DNA from: the human T2T-CHM13v2.0 reference genome, Homo sapiens
Strand: one strand, 5' to 3'
DNA: 64,000 nucleotides
Assembly: GCF_009914755.1 (NCBI RefSeq)
Contig: NC_060932.1
The translations under genes and the position numbers were made by a program. The number at the start of each line of letters is the position of its first letter. The first letter of the stretch is position 1. The notes under the pieces are model-generated. The model saw only the letters and a program-made list of their open reading frames with translations, was not told where the DNA came from and made no database searches. Shown one piece after another: positions 59,956-64,000 of the stretch.

Positions 59956-61379
59956 TTCATTCTCTCTTTAAAACATACACATTTTGCCAGCTGAAGCTTT
60001 GTCTCTTCTATTCAAAGCCCTAAGTGCAATAGTCTGAGCATGGTGAAGACTTAATAAGTGTCTTTATTTCATTTAAAGAAGCATCCTCCTGATGCCTCTT
60101 AAAAGAGAAAGACTCTTGATTTCAGGAAGCGTACCATCTTGGTACCTTATGTGGTATCAAAAATAGTAGGCTTTTTAGCTGGGTCATAGATGGCCTTCCT
60201 TATGGCTCTACGCTATACCTTTTAGCAAATAGAAATGTTGGTATTCACTCTGTGTATTTAATTTCTCCTGGACACATTAAAAAATACATAAGTAAATATA
60301 CCTTCGAACCAAAATGGAAAGCACGAGGCAACCCTGGACACCTCACTGCTATTTAACTTAACCCTCCCTAGGCAGATCATATGAGTCCGATTGTAAAAGT
60401 ATTAATGTGGACATCTTTCCACTCTGGATCAAGTCCATTTCAGGTTATCAGGGATGGTTAAGCTCCTAGCTATTCTAGCAGATTTCTTATGTCTTAATGC
60501 ATGAAATTAATAATAGTTCCTGGGATATTCCACACTTATCTATTACATGTTTCCACATATTTAAAATACAGAAGGAAAACATGAACACCAATAAAGAAAC
60601 TATGAGTAACAGAAATCCAGAACACAGTGAAGAAAGAAAGAAAAAAATATATACTGCTGCAGTCAGCTTTTAGGAAAACTGTTTCCATCATTCTGAAAAT
60701 TTATATTTATTAGAAATAAATCTAATTTTGGCAGCACATCATGGTTAGGAGCCAGGGAAATTGTCATTGGGACCTTAGTATTGTATTTCACAAGAAAGAG
60801 AGCTCTGTGAGGAAGCCTGGGCTATCTGCAAACCTTCGACTCGGAAATCCCTGCATAATAAGAAAGGTATTGGCTAAATTTGAGCAGCTCACGCAGTATC
60901 TAGAGGAAACATTATGAAGTGGGATAGTGTGGTGTCTGAGATGCAGTTATAGGTATACAGACATGACTCAAGGCGTGGATTAGGAAGGCCAACTTTGGAG
61001 GGGAGGGCTGGCTCGCTCATTTCTCTTCTCCCTGTCAAATGCTGAAAGGCTGGTTCCAGCCTTTGAGCTCCTGCACTTTGAGAGTTTTCAGCTGGGTTCT
61101 CAGGCTGCGTTCACCCGTCGACTTGCTCCAGGCCAAACCAGATTTTGAAAAGGAAGGCAACTTCTTTTTCGCGGCAAACCCTTAAACCCACGCACCTTCT
61201 CAAAACTCTGCCCTTCTCAACCCCTGCGCTAGAGTAGGCAGGGCAGAAGGTGCTGAGGAGAGGCTCAGAAGGGGCGGTGGGGACGATCCCCTTTCGAACT
61301 GCATTTGTAGCTGCCAAGGAGTAGCCAACAAGCACCAGATTTATGTGCACTTTGAAAGAAGCACCTTCACCATTGGCTT

Positions 61380-62400
61380 TTTAAGCGGCGCTGTCGCTAG
61401 GGAGCGGCTGGTAGGGCGAGCAGCCTCGGGGAGCAGCCCGGGCTGTTTGTTCCGTCACCGGGGAAAGGAGGTACACACAGTCGCGCGCGCACGGACACAC
61501 ACACACACGCACGCACGCACACACACCGGTGGCGAGTTCGAGCCCCGCGGCCCCTGTCCGCCCGCGTGCGCCCCTCGACACAGCTCGCCTCCCGCCCCCT
61601 GATTCCTGCTGCTGCCGCCCAGAGGAGAAAGGAACCTCTGCCTCGAATTTCCCCACTGCGCCGGGCGCTGCGGAGAGCGGCGAGGGTGGGCGCGAGGCGG
61701 AGAACGCGATGAATGAGTTCTCCCCTCGCCTCGGAGTTGTCTGAGTTGGCGGCGCTGCGCCCAGGCTTCCGGCTCTCAGCGCCCCACGCGCGCGTGGCTC
61801 CCCGGGCTGCCACCCACGCCCGCGGCCGGGGCCGAGCCAGCCACGCAGGGCAGCCGAGGCTCCGGAGCTCCTGTCCCGGCCCCAGTCCGGGTAAAAGGAG
61901 GGTTGTCCCCAGCGGAGGCGCACAGCCGCGCGTTCTCCCTGCACTCTCTTCGCGGTCCCATCTGTTCCCCATGGCGTCTCATCCGCAAACCCGGATCCAG
62001 GCTTACCTGGAGAAGAACAAGATCGGTCCCCTGTTTGAGGTAAGGCGCTGTGGAGGAGGGCAGTCCCGTTGTCTTTAGGGGAAGGGGTGCAGTAATGAAA
62101 ACAGAACACTCCCAATCCCACCCCTCCCAGGGAAGGAGGGCTAGAGAACCAACGCGCGGGAGAGGGCGCCCTGGGATTCACTGGCATTCGCTCTGTCCCG
62201 GCCAGGTGTCCTGGAACGCGGCCGGGCGGGCACTTAGCCAGTTACCTGAACGCGGACAGGTGAGCTCGGGAGGGCCCAGCCTCAGCCTGGCAGGGGAAGT
62301 TTTGGCCCTCTGACTGTCCTGCACCTCTCAGCTACATGTTCAGGACCCGGGCAGGCTGAGGCAGGCGACGCATACGGATGCACACACTCAGACTGTGTTG
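61380..62400. promoter_or_regulatory. CpG-island promoter of C8orf34, probably bidirectional or overlapping an antisense lncRNA (C8orf34-AS1)
   Basis: Sharp rise in GC and CpG content, GC boxes, (CA)n at 61494-61526; antisense lncRNA is recalled from annotation, its exons cannot be seen here. Confidence 0.88.
61713..62039 (+). CDS. C8orf34: C8orf34 first coding exon (109 codons, phase-0 donor GAG|GTAAGG); ends at the start of an RIIa/dimerization-docking-like domain
   Basis: MSSPLASELSELAALRPGFRLSAPH...MASHPQTRIQAYLEKNKIGPLFE recognised; strong splice donor at 62040; lies in CpG island. Confidence 0.9.
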
Positions 62401-62481
62401 CACACGCACACTTTCTTTTTTGAATTCACGCTATCTTGAGTGTTCGTGTTGGATTTTCTTTTTTCTTTTCTTTTCTTTCCT

Positions 62482-62518
<37 letters not shown>

Positions 62519-62899
62519 GAGGGCGGTAATAGAACCCGAAAAGGTGGAGGAGGTGCTTAGCAGTTAATACAATTAACTGGAAGACAGCTGAACTGGTGAG
62601 GAGTAGGCTTCAGTCGGTGCGGGCGTGATGAATGAAATTGGCAAACTGAGAGACTGCCATTTGGTCACTGGACGAAAGGAGAGTCCTTTGCACTGCAGAC
62701 CCCACATGTGTTAGCAGGAGAAAGGGACGGAGAAAGGTTCTGAAAAGCACACACGTATTTGTGGAAGAAGACTATAGCTCTGAGCTGGTTTTGTTTTTTT
62801 TTCTCTCTCTCGCCATTAAAGAATTTAAGACAAAAATACAGTAGAAGGAAGAGCGCGAGGACACGAGAAAATGAGAACAAGAGATTGAAGCCTGGCACC

Positions 62900-63250
62900 A
62901 GCAAAGCGTCCCGCGGGTTGCCAGGGTGCTGAGCAGGGGTGGGGCGTGCGGACCGTAGTCAGAAGTGGAGGCCCTTGCGGAGGGACTCCCTTGGTCCCAT
63001 CCAGTTCAGGGGGCACTGACCGGCGGCGAGAGTTCGCGGGAGGGTCGAGGTGCTCCCGCCTTGCCCCCGCCTTGCCCCCGCCTTGCCCCCGCCCCCCACG
63101 TCTCCCAGAAGCAGTTGTAGCTGTTCTTAACAGCTTGGTTTGGGGTGAGGGCTTGGTATGGGGAGGAGGTTACGTGTCAGTGTCTGAGAGAGGCAGAATC
63201 GCGGCAAGTGGAAGGGGCTGCACTGGAGATCGCGGAAAACCTAGCAAAGA
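62900..63250. promoter_or_regulatory. Second CpG-rich patch in intron 1 with tandem GC boxes (CCTTGCCCC(C)G x3, 63059-63097)
   Basis: Read directly; Sp/KLF-like motifs. Confidence 0.6.
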
Positions 63251-64000
63251 CTGAAGAGAAGCAAGTGAGAACTGTGGAGAACAAAAAAATAATGCGAGTT
63301 AATGACCCTGCAAAAAAAGGGCGCGGAGGACAAAGGTGTGGTCCAATAGGTCTTTTGGGAGGACGGGTTTCACATAACAAGATTTGCAAGATCTCCTAAG
63401 TTTTTTTGCCCAACTTTAACGTTGATCTGTCTTAGACGATAAGACCATTGTTTCAATTGAAGCTCGCATTGTGGGGTGCAGAGTCCTACAATTGCTTTGA
63501 TTCTTTTTTCTGCCAAAAATGTTAACAAAGGCAATCCATGCAAGAGCGAAATAAAATTGATGGAACTACCAGATTTCTTTTCTTTGCCTTTAGTTTAATG
63601 ATTATTGATTATACATAATCCTATATAATTTTTTTAAAGGCAGAAGCCTAAAACCTTCTGCAACGCAGTGTATTAATTGCATCGAAAGAATCATAAAATA
63701 CATACATTTAGAGTGTGTGTTTTCTCTCTACTCTCCTGGAGTATAAAGTACAATTAGCCTGGGAGAATAAATGAATTGTTTTTAATAAATACTGTTTTAA
63801 TTTGTTATCTTAAAATCCCCAAGATTTTAATAATAATAAAATTAGGAATATATGTAAACTTTCTGCAGAATTAGAAAATAAACTCAAATGGATATTTATG
63901 AAGTGCCCCCTAACCCCCACCTTTTGATGCTCACCAGCAAGTTATGCGCTGAAGAATTTTAAGTGATAGCAACGTGTCTCATAAAAGCTTTAGGTCCCCT

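Noticed and set aside
61105-61120. Possible minus-strand splice donor (CGG|GTGAAC) for the antisense lncRNA
   Set aside because: Weak motif that cannot be supported without transcript data.
61381-62187. 268-aa minus-strand ORF
   Set aside because: CpG-island composition, no ATG support evident, antisense to C8orf34 exon 1.

Overview
Primate (very likely human) genomic DNA, AT-rich and dominated by repeats. It ends in the CpG-island promoter and first coding exon of C8orf34 (+ strand, CDS 61713-62039), so the first ~61 kb is upstream intergenic or antisense-lncRNA territory. The window holds a rearranged near-full-length L1PA with a probable 3' transduction, an orphan L1 ORF2 fragment, an RPL31 processed pseudogene split by an LTR, many ERV1/MaLR solo LTRs, Alus, MIRs, hAT MITEs and old L1M debris. 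The most unusual structure is a 2.4-kb unit at 36177-38573. Two MER50-like LTRs lie in inverted orientation, each followed by an 18-nt tRNA-His primer-binding site fused at the same point to antisense 28S rRNA sequence, and one 4-bp target-site duplication (CTAT) brackets the whole unit. This looks like a single retroviral-integrase event that captured rRNA through plus-strand strong-stop template switching. Repeat subfamily names are from recognition by eye and need RepeatMasker/Dfam confirmation.
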